A DNA stretch of 64,000 nt from Ruminococcus sp. (GTDB lineage Bacteria; Bacillota; Clostridia; Oscillospirales; Acutalibacteraceae): assembly GCA_017405065.1 (NCBI GenBank), contig JAFRBD010000003.1, positions 4,962 to 68,961 on the forward strand, in the 5' to 3' direction. The position numbers and the translations under genes are program-made. Every line of letters begins with the position of its first letter. The stretch's first letter is position 1. The notes under the pieces were generated by a model. The model made no database searches and was not told the origin of the DNA. It worked only from the letters and a program-made list of their open reading frames with translations. Positions 9,020 to 19,308 of the stretch are shown here, piece by piece.

Positions 9020-10909
9020 CTAAACCATCAAGCCGCATACCAGATCGCTGATCTCGGCAGGATTCTCCAGATCCAGACCGTTGATCAAGCGCGCCTGCGC
9101 GTACAGGATCTTGGTATAATCTGCGAGCTTTTCCTTATCGTTGCCGAAGAGGTACAGCAGCTTATCCTTGATCGGATGATCCATGTTGATCTCCAGCACG
9201 GTCTCCGCCTTAATGTTCTGACCCTCCGCGCCGGGCATCTTATTCAGGATCTGCTCCATACCGACGGACACGGCGCCCTCGCTGGACAGACAGACGGCGT
9301 GACCCTTGAGGGTGTTGGTGTAGCGCACCTTAGCGACCTTGTCGCCGAGCGTTTCCTTCATAAATTTGAAAAGCTCTTCGGAATTGTCGTTGGCTTCCTT
9401 GAGCTGCGCCTTCTCCTCCTCGTCGCCGAGGTCAAGATTATCGGTGCAGACGTTGATAAAGTCCTTATTGTCGTAATTGCGCAGGATCTGAACGCAGAAC
9501 TCGTCGATATCCTGTGTAAGATACAGCACCTCATAGCCTTTGGCGAGCACGCTCTCCACCTGCGGGAGCATAGCGATCTTTTCGACGGTCTCGCCGACGG
9601 CATAATAGATCTTGTCCTGATTCTCTCTCGCACGGTCGATATATTCTTTTAAAGAAGTATAATTACCCTCGTTCGAGGATTTGAACAGCAGAAGATCCTG
9701 CAATTCCTCGCGGTTCACACCGAAGGAGCTATAGATGCCCCACTTGAGCTGCGCGCCAAATTCATTGAAGAACTGCTCGTACTTCTCGCGGTCGGATTTC
9801 AGCATTTTAGAAAGCTCCGACGCGATCTTCTTCTCCAGCGCCTTGGCGATGATCTTCAATTGACGGTCATGCTGGAGCATCTCGCGGGAGATGTTCAGGC
9901 TCAGGTCGGCACTGTCTACCAGACCCTTGACGAAGCTGAAATGATCGGGCAGCAGATCCTTGCACTTCTCCATGATCATGACGGAGCTGGAATACAGCTG
10001 CAAGCCCTTTTCATATTCGCGGCTGTAGTAATCATACGGCGCGTGAGCGGGAATGAACAGCAGGGCGGTGTAGGTCGCGCTGCCCTCGGTAGACTGGCGG
10101 ATCACCTTCAGCGGCGCTTCATAATCGCTGAACTTCGCCTTGTAATACTCGGCGTATTCCTCGTCGGTGACCTTGCTCTGCGGCTTTTTCCAGATGGGCG
10201 TCATGCTGTTGAGGGTCTCGTCCTCAAAAATGTCCTCATACTCGTCCTCGGAGCCTTCCTTCTTCTGCTTGTGCGAGGTGAGCATTTTGATCGGATAGCG
10301 GATATAGTCGCTGTATTTTTTGATCAGCTCGCGGATACGGTAGGTCTCGAGGAACTCGCCGTACTTCTCCTCTTCGGTGTCCTCTTTGATATGCAGGGTG
10401 ATGACGGTGCCGGCGGTTTCTTTCTCACAAGGGCGTATCGTGTAGCCGTCCGCGCCTGAGGATTCCCAGACAAAGGCTTCATCAGAACCGAACGCGCGGC
10501 TCTCCACCTTGATATTATCGGCAACCATGAACGCGGAATAGAAGCCTACGCCGAACTGACCGATGATGTCGATGTTCTCGTTTTGATTCTCTTCAGCGGT
10601 CTTGAAGTCGAGCGAGCCGGAGCGCGCGATCGTGCCGAGGTTGTTCTCGAGCTCTTCCTTGGTCATACCGATACCGTTATCGGTGACTTTGAGGATACGG
10701 TTCTCTTTATCCACATCGATACGGATCTCGAAATCATCGTGATCCAGCCCCACGCTGTCGTCCGTCAGGGAGCGGAAATACAGCTTGTCGATCGCGTCGG
10801 ACGCGTTGGAGATCAGCTCGCGGAGAAAGATCTCTTTATGGGTATAGATGGAGTTGACCATCATATCCAGCAGTTTTTTTGATTCTGTTTTGAATTGCTT
10901 TTTTGCCAT
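9020..10909 (-). CDS. htpG: Chaperone HtpG (Hsp90)
   Basis: Motifs IFLRELISNASDA, DNGIGM, IGQFGVGFYSAF and LSLNISREMLQ. Confidence 0.98.
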   Translation of the reverse strand: MAKKQFKTESKKLLDMMVNSIYTHKEIFLRELISNASDAIDKLYFRSLTDDSVGLDHDDFEIRIDVDKENRILKVTDNGIGMTKEELENNLGTIARSGSLDFKTAEENQNENIDIIGQFGVGFYSAFMVADNIKVESRAFGSDEAFVWESSGADGYTIRPCEKETAGTVITLHIKEDTEEEKYGEFLETYRIRELIKKYSDYIRYPIKMLTSHKQKKEGSEDEYEDIFEDETLNSMTPIWKKPQSKVTDEEYAEYYKAKFSDYEAPLKVIRQSTEGSATYTALLFIPAHAPYDYYSREYEKGLQLYSSSVMIMEKCKDLLPDHFSFVKGLVDSADLSLNISREMLQHDRQLKIIAKALEKKIASELSKMLKSDREKYEQFFNEFGAQLKWGIYSSFGVNREELQDLLLFKSSNEGNYTSLKEYIDRARENQDKIYYAVGETVEKIAMLPQVESVLAKGYEVLYLTQDIDEFCVQILRNYDNKDFINVCTDNLDLGDEEEKAQLKEANDNSEELFKFMKETLGDKVAKVRYTNTLKGHAVCLSSEGAVSVGMEQILNKMPGAEGQNIKAETVLEINMDHPIKDKLLYLFGNDKEKLADYTKILYAQARLINGLDLENPAEISDLVCGLMV

Positions 10910-10961
10910 ATAGATTACCTCTTTTAGCTTTATTTTCCAATTATCTATTATACTCCATATT

Positions 10962-10988
10962 TTAGCACTGTCAAGTCGAGAGTGCTAA
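10962..10988. promoter_or_regulatory. CIRCE element (HrcA operator) overlapping the htpG -35 box
   Basis: TTAGCACTG-N9-GAGTGCTAA, one mismatch to the CIRCE consensus. Minus-strand TTGACA (10969-10974)-N16-TATAAT (10947-10952). Confidence 0.9.
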
Positions 10989-11012
10989 TTCTTTTTGAAT
11001 AATATGTTAATT

Positions 11013-11190
11013 CCGGAGAACGGAGAACGGTTGAGGGCGGGACACCCGCACCCAATTTGTATTTAAGAATAATTAACGCTCATGGCTTTTCAAAGAGTCA
11101 TGAGCGTTACTGTCATATTTCGTTATTATGATTCAAAAGCCGTCAGGCTTTCCCACAACCGTTACCTGTTAACCATTAACTGTTAACCGG
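11013..11190 (+). repeat. Family A element, copy 2 (arms CGGAGAA / CTGTTAA)
   Basis: Same core and central hairpin as copy 1, different heptamer arms. Confidence 0.88.
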
Positions 11191-11191
11191 A

Positions 11192-12337
11192 TTACAGTTC
11201 TCTGATGCGGATGATACCGTCGACAGTCTTGACCGCCTCGAGCGCGTCAGCGTTAGCGCCGGTAACGTCGATGATGGTGTAGGCATAGTCGCCGCGGCTC
11301 TTGTTCTCCATGTTCTCAACATTGCCGCCGATCTTCTCCAGCAGCTGAGAGATCATCTTGGGGGCGTTGTGATGGAAGACGCAGAAGCGGCTCTCACCGG
11401 TTCTGGGCATGGAAACATTCGGGAAATTGACGGAATTCTTGATATTGCCGTTCTCGAGGTATTCCTTGATCTCATCGGCAGCCATGACCGCGCAGTTGTC
11501 CTCGCTCTCGGGAGTGGATGCGCCCAGATGCGGGATCGGAACAACGCCGTCAACATCGAGAAGATCGTTGGTCGCGAAGTCGGTGACATAAGAAGCCATC
11601 TTGCCGCTCTCCAGCGCCGCCTTGATATCGGAAGACACGACCAGACCGTCACGGGAGAAGTTCAGGAGGCGAACGCCGTCCTTCATCTTGGCGATGGTAT
11701 CGGCGTCGATCATGCCGCGGGTGCTGTCGTTGACCGGCAGATGCAGGGTCACATAATCCGCCTGGGCATACAGCTCGTCGACGTTGTTGACGGTGATAAC
11801 ATGGCGGGAAAGGCTCAGAGCAGCGTTGACGCTCAGATAGGGATCGTAACCGACCACGCGCATATGCAGCGCGCGCGCTGCGTTCGCGACCAGTACGCCG
11901 ATCGCACCGAGGCCCACTACGCCGAGGGTCTTGCCCTTGATCTCGGGGCCGACAAATTTGCTCTTGCCCTTTTCAACGGCTTTGAGGTTGTTGGGATCGT
12001 CCTTGAGGGTCTTGCACCACGCGATACCCTCGCTGACTTTACGGGAGCCGAGCAGCATTCCCGCGATCACCAGCTCCATAACGGCATTCGCGTTCGCGCC
12101 GGGGGTGTTGAATACGCAGATACCCTTTTCGGCGCACTTGTCGAGCGGGATGTTGTTAACGCCCGCGCCGGCTCTGGCTATCGCCAGCAGGCTCTCGGGC
12201 AGCTCCATGTCGTGCAGAGAAGCGGAACGGACGAGGATGCCCTCGGGAGCGTCGCACTCGTCGACACAGTTATAGTTCTCGCCTAAGCGCTCGATTGCGA
12301 CAGGGGCGATCTTGTTTAACTTCAGAATGTTATACAT
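11192..12337 (-). CDS. serA: D-3-phosphoglycerate dehydrogenase
   Basis: Motifs RAGAGVNNI, GLGAIG and PHLGAST, a C-terminal ACT-like domain, and adjacency to serC. Confidence 0.93.
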   Translation of the reverse strand: MYNILKLNKIAPVAIERLGENYNCVDECDAPEGILVRSASLHDMELPESLLAIARAGAGVNNIPLDKCAEKGICVFNTPGANANAVMELVIAGMLLGSRKVSEGIAWCKTLKDDPNNLKAVEKGKSKFVGPEIKGKTLGVVGLGAIGVLVANAARALHMRVVGYDPYLSVNAALSLSRHVITVNNVDELYAQADYVTLHLPVNDSTRGMIDADTIAKMKDGVRLLNFSRDGLVVSSDIKAALESGKMASYVTDFATNDLLDVDGVVPIPHLGASTPESEDNCAVMAADEIKEYLENGNIKNSVNFPNVSMPRTGESRFCVFHHNAPKMISQLLEKIGGNVENMENKSRGDYAYTIIDVTGANADALEAVKTVDGIIRIREL

Positions 12338-12354
12338 GATAATCTCCTTGATAT

Positions 12355-12495
12355 AATTAGGAATTAGGAGTTAGGAATTAGGAATGAATGGCGGGACACC
12401 CGCACCTGATTTGAATAAATCAACAAACGAGTTTACAATCCAAAACGCGTCAGCGTTTCCCGAATTTCCTCATTCCTCATTACTCATTCCTAACT
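12355..12495 (+). repeat. Family A element, copy 3 (between serC and serA; no central hairpin)
   Basis: Core GCGGGACACCCGC-ACCTGATT...AATCCAAAA-CGCGTCAGCG-TTTCCC. Confidence 0.88.
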
Positions 12496-12499
12496 GTTC

Positions 12500-13585
12500 T
12501 TATTTATTCTCTTCTTCAAACTTCTTCATGAAGGCGACGAGCTTCTCAACGCCCTCGATCGGCATCGCGTTGTAGATAGAAGCGCGCATACCGCCTACGC
12601 TGCGGTGACCCTTGATGTTGATGAAGCCCGCTTCTTTAGCAGCAGCAACAAACTTCGCGTCCAGATCGGTATCGCCGGTAACGAACGGAACATTCATCAG
12701 AGAACGATCCTCGGGAACGACGGTGCCCTTGAACATCTCGGAGGAATCGAGGAAGTCGTACAGGATCTTCGCTTTCTTCTCGTTGCGCTCCTTCATCTTC
12801 TCAAGACCGCCGACCTCGTTCTTGATCCACTCGAGGACGAGCTTCATGATATAGATGGTGTAGCAGGGAGGCGTATTGTACATGGAACCGTTGTCGGCGT
12901 GGATCTGATAGTTGAGCATGGTCGGGGTGATATCTCTCGCCTTGCCCAGCAGATCCTCACGGATGATGCAGATGGTAACGCCCGCGGGAGCTACGTTCTT
13001 CTGCGCGCCGCCGTAAAGCATACCGAACTTGCTTACGTCGATCGGCTCGGACAGGAAGTTCGAAGAGATATCCGCGATCAGCGGAACGTCGCCGGTCTCG
13101 GGCAGCTCGTGGTAAACGGTGCCGTAGATGGTGTTGTTCATGCAGATGTAGAAGTAGTCTGCGTCGGGGGTAAATGTACTCTTATCGAGCTTGGGGATAT
13201 AAGAGAAGGTCTTATCCGCGGAGGAAGCAACGATGTTGACCTCGCCGTAGCGGGAAGCCTCGGCAGCAGCCTTCTTCGCCCACTGACCGGTCACAACATA
13301 ATCGGCCTTGCCGGAACCGTTCATGAAGTTGAGCGGGATCGCGGCAAACTGGGTGGAAGCGCCGCCCTGCAAAAACAGGACCTTATAGTTATCGGGAATG
13401 TTCATGATCTCGCGCAGAAGAGATTCCGCCTCGGTGATGATCTCGCCGTACTCCTTGGAACGGTGAGACATCTCCATAACGGACTCACCGGTGCCCTTGT
13501 AGTCGAGCATCTCAGCGGCCGCAGTCTTCAGCACGCTTTCGGGCAGCATCGAAGGACCTGCCGAGAAATTGTAAACTCTTGCCAT
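12500..13585 (-). CDS. serC: Phosphoserine aminotransferase
   Basis: Motifs NFSAGPS, EMSHRS, GAQKN and KGHRSVGGMRASIYNA. Confidence 0.98.
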   Translation of the reverse strand: MARVYNFSAGPSMLPESVLKTAAAEMLDYKGTGESVMEMSHRSKEYGEIITEAESLLREIMNIPDNYKVLFLQGGASTQFAAIPLNFMNGSGKADYVVTGQWAKKAAAEASRYGEVNIVASSADKTFSYIPKLDKSTFTPDADYFYICMNNTIYGTVYHELPETGDVPLIADISSNFLSEPIDVSKFGMLYGGAQKNVAPAGVTICIIREDLLGKARDITPTMLNYQIHADNGSMYNTPPCYTIYIMKLVLEWIKNEVGGLEKMKERNEKKAKILYDFLDSSEMFKGTVVPEDRSLMNVPFVTGDTDLDAKFVAAAKEAGFINIKGHRSVGGMRASIYNAMPIEGVEKLVAFMKKFEEENK

Positions 13586-13810
13586 AATATATACCTCCTA
13601 ATTATAATAGCGAAAAGTCGATGTATCTTGGCTTCATTCCAATAATACATTACAATTATATGACAAATCATTCGTTAATTCAATAACAATCGGGAATTAC
13701 AACATAGTAATTTCGCAGAAAAAACCTGTCATTTTTATACATTTTGCAAAAAACGCGGCAAAATCTGACAAATTGTTATGAGATAAATCGATTTTTGAGA
13801 TATCAATAAA

Positions 13811-13983
13811 CTGAGAACCATTACGGGAAAGCCTGACGGCTTTTGGATTATTATTACGTCAGAAAAAGGTAATGCCCTCGACTCTTTGAAATCAAGGGCA
13901 CTTTTTGTTTATTCCGGGAAAGCATCAATCGGGTGCGGGTGTCCCGCCCTTCACTGTTCTCTATTCTCTGTTATCTGTTCTCT
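13811..13983 (-). repeat. Family A element, copy 4 (arm CTGTTCT)
   Basis: Inverted core GGGAAA-GCCTGACGGC-TTTTGGATT...ATCGGGT-GCGGGTGTCCCGC. Confidence 0.85.
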
Positions 13984-15373
13984 AATTGAACAGTCCCCAA
14001 AACGCCTTATGCGCCATATAGAGGTCGGCTTTGCTGATGACTTCAAACGGCGCGTGCATGCACAGCACGGCTACGCCGAGATCGACGACGTCGACGTTCA
14101 TGTTGGCGACGTACTTCGCGATCGTACCGCCGCCGCCGATATCGACCTTGCCCAGTTCGCCTACCTGCCACTTAACGCCGTTCTTTTTGAGCATCGCGCG
14201 GATCTCGCCCATGAACTCGGCGGATGCGTCGGAGGTATCGTACTTGCCGCCGTGTCCGGTATACTTGCTGATGACCACGCCTTCGTTGATGAACGAGCAG
14301 TTCTTCGGCTCGTAAACGGAGGGGAAAGTCGGATCGAACGCCGCATTGACGTCCGCGGACAGGCACTTGGACTTGCTCAGCACGCGGTAGCCCTCGTTGC
14401 CGTCCTGCTTAGAAAGATCATAAATGAAGTAGCGCAGGAAATCGCTCTGCATACCGGTGTTGCCGTCGGAGCCGGTCTCTTCCTTATCGGTCAGATAAGT
14501 GATACAGGTGCACTCGGGCAGCTCGGTCTCAAAGATCGCCGTGACGGACGGATAGGCGCAGCACTTGTCGTCATGACCGTAGCCGCCGATCATGGAGCGG
14601 TCAAAGCCTACGTCGCGCGTCGGATAAGCAGGACAGAAATTCAGCTCCGCGCTGAGGAAATCGTCCTCCTCGATGCCGTAGCGGTCGTTGAGGATCTTCA
14701 TGACGTTCAGCGCGATATTGTCCTTTTCGTCGCTGTCGTCATAGGGACGGGAGCCGACCAGGATGTTCAGATCCTCGCCGGTGAACAGCTTGCTGACCGT
14801 CTTTGCCGCTCCCTCGCGGTCGAGATGCGGGAGCAGATCGGTGATCAGGAAGCACTCGTCCTTGGGGTCGTCGCCGATACGGATATCGACGCAAGTGCCG
14901 TCCAGCTTCACCACTCTGCCGTGCAGGGCAAGGGGAACGGTCGTCCACTGATATTTTTTGATGCCGCCGTAGTAATGGGTCTTGAACAGCGCCAGATTAT
15001 TGCTCTCATACAGCGGATTGGGCTTTAAGTCGATGCGCGGAGAATCGATGTGCGCGATCGCCAGACGTACGCCGTCTGCAGTGCCGTTCTTGCCGATCAC
15101 CGCTAAACCGATCGCTTTCTCGCGGTTGATGATATACACCTTATCGCCGGGCTTGTAGCTGCCGTCGGGATCGAATTCGACAAAGCCTTTTTCTACTGCG
15201 AGCGCTTTGACATAGGCGACCGCCTCGCGCTCGGTGCGGGAATGATCGAGGAAGGTCTTGTAGCCCTCGCAGTAAGCGTCGGCAGCCTTAAGGGTCTCGG
15301 CGGTATAATCCGCCGCGCCCTTCCTCTCTTTCATCATCAATTTTTCTTTCAGTTCCTTTGCATTTTCAGACAT
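13982..15373 (-). CDS. M18-family aminopeptidase (ApeA-like)
   Basis: Motifs AHIDSPR, HYYGGIKKYQW, GHDD, EETGS and MHAPFE. Confidence 0.92.
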   Translation of the reverse strand: MSENAKELKEKLMMKERKGAADYTAETLKAADAYCEGYKTFLDHSRTEREAVAYVKALAVEKGFVEFDPDGSYKPGDKVYIINREKAIGLAVIGKNGTADGVRLAIAHIDSPRIDLKPNPLYESNNLALFKTHYYGGIKKYQWTTVPLALHGRVVKLDGTCVDIRIGDDPKDECFLITDLLPHLDREGAAKTVSKLFTGEDLNILVGSRPYDDSDEKDNIALNVMKILNDRYGIEEDDFLSAELNFCPAYPTRDVGFDRSMIGGYGHDDKCCAYPSVTAIFETELPECTCITYLTDKEETGSDGNTGMQSDFLRYFIYDLSKQDGNEGYRVLSKSKCLSADVNAAFDPTFPSVYEPKNCSFINEGVVISKYTGHGGKYDTSDASAEFMGEIRAMLKKNGVKWQVGELGKVDIGGGGTIAKYVANMNVDVVDLGVAVLCMHAPFEVISKADLYMAHKAFWGLFN

Positions 15374-15423
15374 AGTTTTCCTCCTGTATATAAATCACAA
15401 TTAGCGTTCGCAATGCGAGTTAA

Positions 15424-15574
15424 GCCTCCCTTTCCTAAGGGAGGTGCCTCCGACACGCTTGTCGGAGGCGGAGGGTTGTCGCGTGAGATAATATGCCGCT
15501 TTCAGAGCCACATCTCATATGCAGCATCATCAACCCCCAGTCACTTCGTGACAGCCCCCTTAGGAAAGGGGGCC
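15424..15574. repeat. REP-like paired palindrome, family B (CCTCCCTTTCCTAAGGGAGG type)
   Basis: Two inverted units with variable sub-hairpins. Other copies: 19121-19260 and 56953-57109; halves at 31786-31829, 48379-48420 (41/42 identical to the 19219-19260 half) and about 44340-44378. Confidence 0.85.
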
Positions 15575-15578
15575 TCAT

Positions 15579-16205
15579 TCACGAATAATACAAATTCTGA
15601 TACATCTCGTAGGCGTCGCTGACTTTTACGACGTAGTTCGCGGTTTCTTCATACGGGATATTGGTCAGGGTCTTGCCGTCGGGAGAAATACCGCCGTCCT
15701 CCAGCCAGCCGTCCACGGTACTGGTGCCGGCGTTATATGCCGCGATCGCCGTATCGCGCACCTCATACTGCTTGAGCAGTATCGACAGCAGATAGGTGCC
15801 GTATCGGATATTGATCTCGGGATCGGACAGCGAATCCGTGCCGTAAACGATCCCGCCGTCAAGACTCTCCTGCAGCCAGTCAAAGGTCGAAGGCATCAGC
15901 TGCATCAGCCCCTGCGCGCCGACAGCGCTCTCCACCTCGGGACGAAAACCGCTCTCGGTACGGATCACCGCATAGATCAGCGGCTCCTCTACGTTGAATT
16001 CAGCGGCGGCTTTCCTGATCTGCTGCTCGTATTCCTGCGGATAAAGCAGACTGTATACCTTACCCTTCATCCCCTTATAGGATGTGTCGGAAACAAAAAA
16101 GAATACCAGCACGCCGATAAAGAGCAGCAGCACAAATGTGACCAAAAAGCCTATGGCGCCATGCCCTTTTTTCTCGCGTGAATGGCGCGATTCATATCTG
16201 CTCAT
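15579..16205 (-). CDS. Membrane-anchored lytic transglycosylase (SLT domain)
   Basis: Motifs AVIRTES, GAQGLMQLMP, AAYNAG and ETANYV. Confidence 0.93.
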   Translation of the reverse strand: MSRYESRHSREKKGHGAIGFLVTFVLLLFIGVLVFFFVSDTSYKGMKGKVYSLLYPQEYEQQIRKAAAEFNVEEPLIYAVIRTESGFRPEVESAVGAQGLMQLMPSTFDWLQESLDGGIVYGTDSLSDPEINIRYGTYLLSILLKQYEVRDTAIAAYNAGTSTVDGWLEDGGISPDGKTLTNIPYEETANYVVKVSDAYEMYQNLYYS

Positions 16206-17818
16206 CCGCGTACCAGCCTTTCGTATAATTCTTTTACGGAAGTTTGAAGCTCCTCCGCACTGCCGTTATTATACAGTATATCGTCGCAGTTAGCGATAAA
16301 GAACTCTTCGCTGAATTGCGCCGACATTCTCCGCATCGCTTCTTCGCGGGTGATACCGTCACGCTCCGTGATGCGGGCAAGTCGCAGCCCGGGATCGGCA
16401 AGCACGCCGATGACGCGGTCACAGTAGGCGTCCTCGCCTGATTCGTACAGCTGGGACGCGTCAAAGACGACCGTATCGCCGTCGAGTCGTTCGGCTTCTT
16501 CAAACATGATCCGGGCGATCCTGGGATGGGTGATCGCATTGAGGACAGCCGTCCGCCCGGGAGCGGAAAACGCGATCTCAGCGACACGCCGCCTGTCAAG
16601 GCTGCCGTCCGCTTTGAGGACGTCGCCGAACGCGGCGCAGAGCATCGCTTTGACCTCGCTGTCCTCGACAGCTTGACGGGCTGCCGCATCCGCGCTGACG
16701 ATGGGGAGTCCCCTGTCTTTCAGGAGCTTTGCGACCTCGCTCTTGCCCGCTCCCGTCTGACCGGTCAGACCGATGATGCGCTTGGTCGGCAGGTCGATCA
16801 CCTCGAACGCCGCCGCGCGGATCAAACGGTTATACAGCGCCATGCCGACGCCCGTCACGGACGGACAGTGCGCGTAAACGGTGGTAACGCCGCCGATCTC
16901 ATCGACCGCGCGCAGCGCGTCGAACAGCGCCTGCGCCTGTGCTTTTTCATTGTCGGCAGAGCCGATGGTGATACAAGGCGCGTTGATCTGAGGCTTGTCC
17001 TCGTCGTAGCACATCGCCGCGACGCTCTTGTCACGGGCGTATTTCCGATTGACGAAACGGATATATTTCTCATCCTCGCCGCGCAGGAGGATCACCCGCG
17101 CTCTGGGCGCGTAATGCTTGTACTTCATGCCGGGAGAGGATGCTTTCTCGTTGCTTTCGAGTTGATGGAGCACCGCCTTGTCGACCTCCACGGCACCGAT
17201 GACCGCTTCGATCTCTTCACGGGTGATGATGCCCGGGCGCAGGATGCGCGGCGTGTCGGCGACCAGCGTGATGACCGTGCTTTCCACGCCGACAGAACAC
17301 GCGCCGCCGTCGAGGACGGCTTCGATCCGTCCGTCCATGTCGTCGATCACGTGCTGCGCGGTGGTGGGACTGGGCTTGCCGGAGGTGTTCGCGGAGGGAG
17401 CCGCGAGCGCAAGCGCGCTTGTCTTTATCAGTGCCTGCGCCGTTGGATGAGAAGGTATTCGGATCGCGACCGTGTCGAGACCGGCGCTGACTTCATCGGG
17501 GATGACCCCGCCCTTCTTCATGATCACGGTAAGGGGACCCGGCCAGAAGGCCTTTGCGAGTTTGACCGCCTTATCGGGGATCTCGGCGACCAGATGCAGA
17601 CGCTCGATATCGGAGAAGTCCGCGACATGAACGATCAGGGGATTGTCCATCGGTCTGCCCTTGGCTTCAAAGATACGCCGTACCGCCTCGCCGTTGAGCG
17701 CGTCGGCGGCAAGCCCGTAGACCGTCTCGGTCGGCATGGCGACCAGACCGCCGTCACGGAGGATAGCAGCTGCGGAGTTGATATCTTCGGTTGTGTTGGT
17801 TAAATGTAAAGTGTTCAT
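16202..17818 (-). CDS. Fusion of Sua5/TsaC threonylcarbamoyl-AMP synthase and dephospho-CoA kinase (CoaE)
   Basis: N-terminal part has PTETVYGL, KGRPMDNPLIVH, SANTSG and PGMKYKHYAP. C-terminal part has IIGLTGQTGAGKS, ITHP and RITERDG. Confidence 0.9.
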   Translation of the reverse strand: MNTLHLTNTTEDINSAAAILRDGGLVAMPTETVYGLAADALNGEAVRRIFEAKGRPMDNPLIVHVADFSDIERLHLVAEIPDKAVKLAKAFWPGPLTVIMKKGGVIPDEVSAGLDTVAIRIPSHPTAQALIKTSALALAAPSANTSGKPSPTTAQHVIDDMDGRIEAVLDGGACSVGVESTVITLVADTPRILRPGIITREEIEAVIGAVEVDKAVLHQLESNEKASSPGMKYKHYAPRARVILLRGEDEKYIRFVNRKYARDKSVAAMCYDEDKPQINAPCITIGSADNEKAQAQALFDALRAVDEIGGVTTVYAHCPSVTGVGMALYNRLIRAAAFEVIDLPTKRIIGLTGQTGAGKSEVAKLLKDRGLPIVSADAAARQAVEDSEVKAMLCAAFGDVLKADGSLDRRRVAEIAFSAPGRTAVLNAITHPRIARIMFEEAERLDGDTVVFDASQLYESGEDAYCDRVIGVLADPGLRLARITERDGITREEAMRRMSAQFSEEFFIANCDDILYNNGSAEELQTSVKELYERLVRG

Positions 17819-17825
17819 CTCAATT

Positions 17826-17985
17826 AATTAGGAATTAGAAAAGAGGAATTAGGAATTGCGGGAAACGCGTGTCCGCGTTTTGGATTCCTATTCTTAACGG
17901 AACTGAAACGTTTGATTTCTGTTTACCGATCGGGTGAGGGCGAAGCCCTCCATTCATTCCTAATTCCTAACTCCTAATTCCTCAT
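17826..17985 (-). repeat. Family A element, copy 5 (prfA-sua5 junction)
   Basis: GGGAAA-CGCGTGTCCGCG-TTTTGGAT...ATCGGGT-GAGGGCGAAGCCCTC. Confidence 0.88.
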
Positions 17986-19050
17986 TGTTTCTTGAAGTTG
18001 TTCCGCTCTCTGCGCGGTCACTAAGGCGTCGATGATCTCGTCGAGGTCACCGTTCATGATCTCGTCGAGCTTATACAGCGTCAGACCGATGCGGTGATCG
18101 GTCACACGGCTCTGCGGGAAATTATAGGTGCGGATCTTCTCGCTGCGGTCGCCCGAACCCACCTGAGAACGGCGGTCGGAGGCGATCGCCTCGTTCTGCT
18201 TATCCTGCTCCATTTTCAGCAGGCGGGATTTCAGCACCTTCATCGCCTTATCCTTGTTCTTATACTGACTTCGCTCGTCCTGACATTCCACCACCATACC
18301 GGTCGGCTTATGGGTGATGCGGATCGCGGAAGAAGTCTTGTTGATGTGCTGACCGCCCGCGCCGGAGGAACGGAAGGTATCGATCTCGAGGTCGTTGGGA
18401 TTGATGTCGATCTCCACGTCGTCCGCCTCGGGAAGAACGGCTACCGTCGCTGCCGAGGTATGGATGCGTCCGGAGCTTTCTGTCTGAGGCACGCGCTGGA
18501 CGCGGTGGGTGCCCGACTCGAACTTAAAGCGGCTGTAAGCGCCCGCACCGCTGACGATGAAGGACACTTCCTTGTAGCCGCCCAGACCCGTTTCATTGAG
18601 GTTGATCACTTCGATCTTATAGCCCCTGCGCTCGGCGTACATGCTGTACATGCGGAACAGGTCGTAGGCGAAAAGGGAGCTTTCCTCTCCCCCGGTACCG
18701 CCGCGGATCTCGACGATCACATTGCGCTCGTCGTTGGGATCTTTGGGCAGGAGCAGGATCTTCAGCTCCTCCTCCAGCTCGGGCAGGCTGCGCTTGGCTT
18801 CATCCAGCTCGGCGCTCGCAAGCTCCCGCAGCTCCTCGTCGGAGGAAGGATCCTCGAGGATGCTCAGGCTGTCCTCGATCGTCTGCTGCGCCGCCTTGTA
18901 CTCGCGGTACTTTTTGACCACCGGCTCGATAGATGCATACTCCTGCATCACCTTGCGGTAGGTCTCGGGGTCGGACACGACGTCCGGCTCATACATCCGC
19001 TTTTCCAGTTCACTGTATCGTTTGTCAAATATCTCTAATCTGCTGAACAT
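17974..19050 (-). CDS. prfA: Peptide chain release factor 1
   Basis: GGQ motif, VPQT (PxT) discriminator and [12 protein letters not shown]. Confidence 0.97.
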   Translation of the reverse strand: MFSRLEIFDKRYSELEKRMYEPDVVSDPETYRKVMQEYASIEPVVKKYREYKAAQQTIEDSLSILEDPSSDEELRELASAELDEAKRSLPELEEELKILLLPKDPNDERNVIVEIRGGTGGEESSLFAYDLFRMYSMYAERRGYKIEVINLNETGLGGYKEVSFIVSGAGAYSRFKFESGTHRVQRVPQTESSGRIHTSAATVAVLPEADDVEIDINPNDLEIDTFRSSGAGGQHINKTSSAIRITHKPTGMVVECQDERSQYKNKDKAMKVLKSRLLKMEQDKQNEAIASDRRSQVGSGDRSEKIRTYNFPQSRVTDHRIGLTLYKLDEIMNGDLDEIIDALVTAQRAEQLQETMRN

Positions 19051-19064
19051 TTCAACCTCTGGTT

Positions 19065-19308
19065 AATTAGGAATTAGGAGTTAGGAATGAGGAATGAAGG
19101 GCGGGACGCCCGCACCCGAAGGCCCCCTTTCCTAAGGGGGCTGTCACGAAGTGACTGGGGGTTGTTATCGTTGAATACTAATAATATTTTGCTGATAACG
19201 ACATATTATCTTACGCGACAACCCTCCGCCCTTCGGGCACCTCCCTTAGGGAAGGGAGGCTCTAAGTGTTTCCCGAAATTCCTAATTCCTAATTCCTAAT
19301 TCCTCATT
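19065..19308 (+). repeat. Family A element, copy 6, with a family B palindrome nested at 19121-19260
   Basis: Arms and first hairpin intact; the second hairpin is truncated by the insert. Confidence 0.85.

Noticed and set aside
12384-12470. Family A core as a hammerhead ribozyme (CCTGAT on one strand, GAAA on the other)
   Set aside because: CUGANGA is not conserved and the two motifs are on opposite strands; I could not fit any known self-cleaving class by eye.
13586-13810. T-box or CodY site upstream of serC
   Set aside because: No T-box consensus (AAGGTGGTACC-like) or specifier stem is present; CodY-like matches are weak within AT-rich DNA.
19087-19299. Small ORFs spanning repeats (19087-19299, 22354-22749, 39074-39745, 43433-43867, 44165-44413, 57042-57290)
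   Set aside because: They are translations of palindromic or heptamer repeats (FLIPNS, RHCEG, PLKGK patterns) with no coding support.
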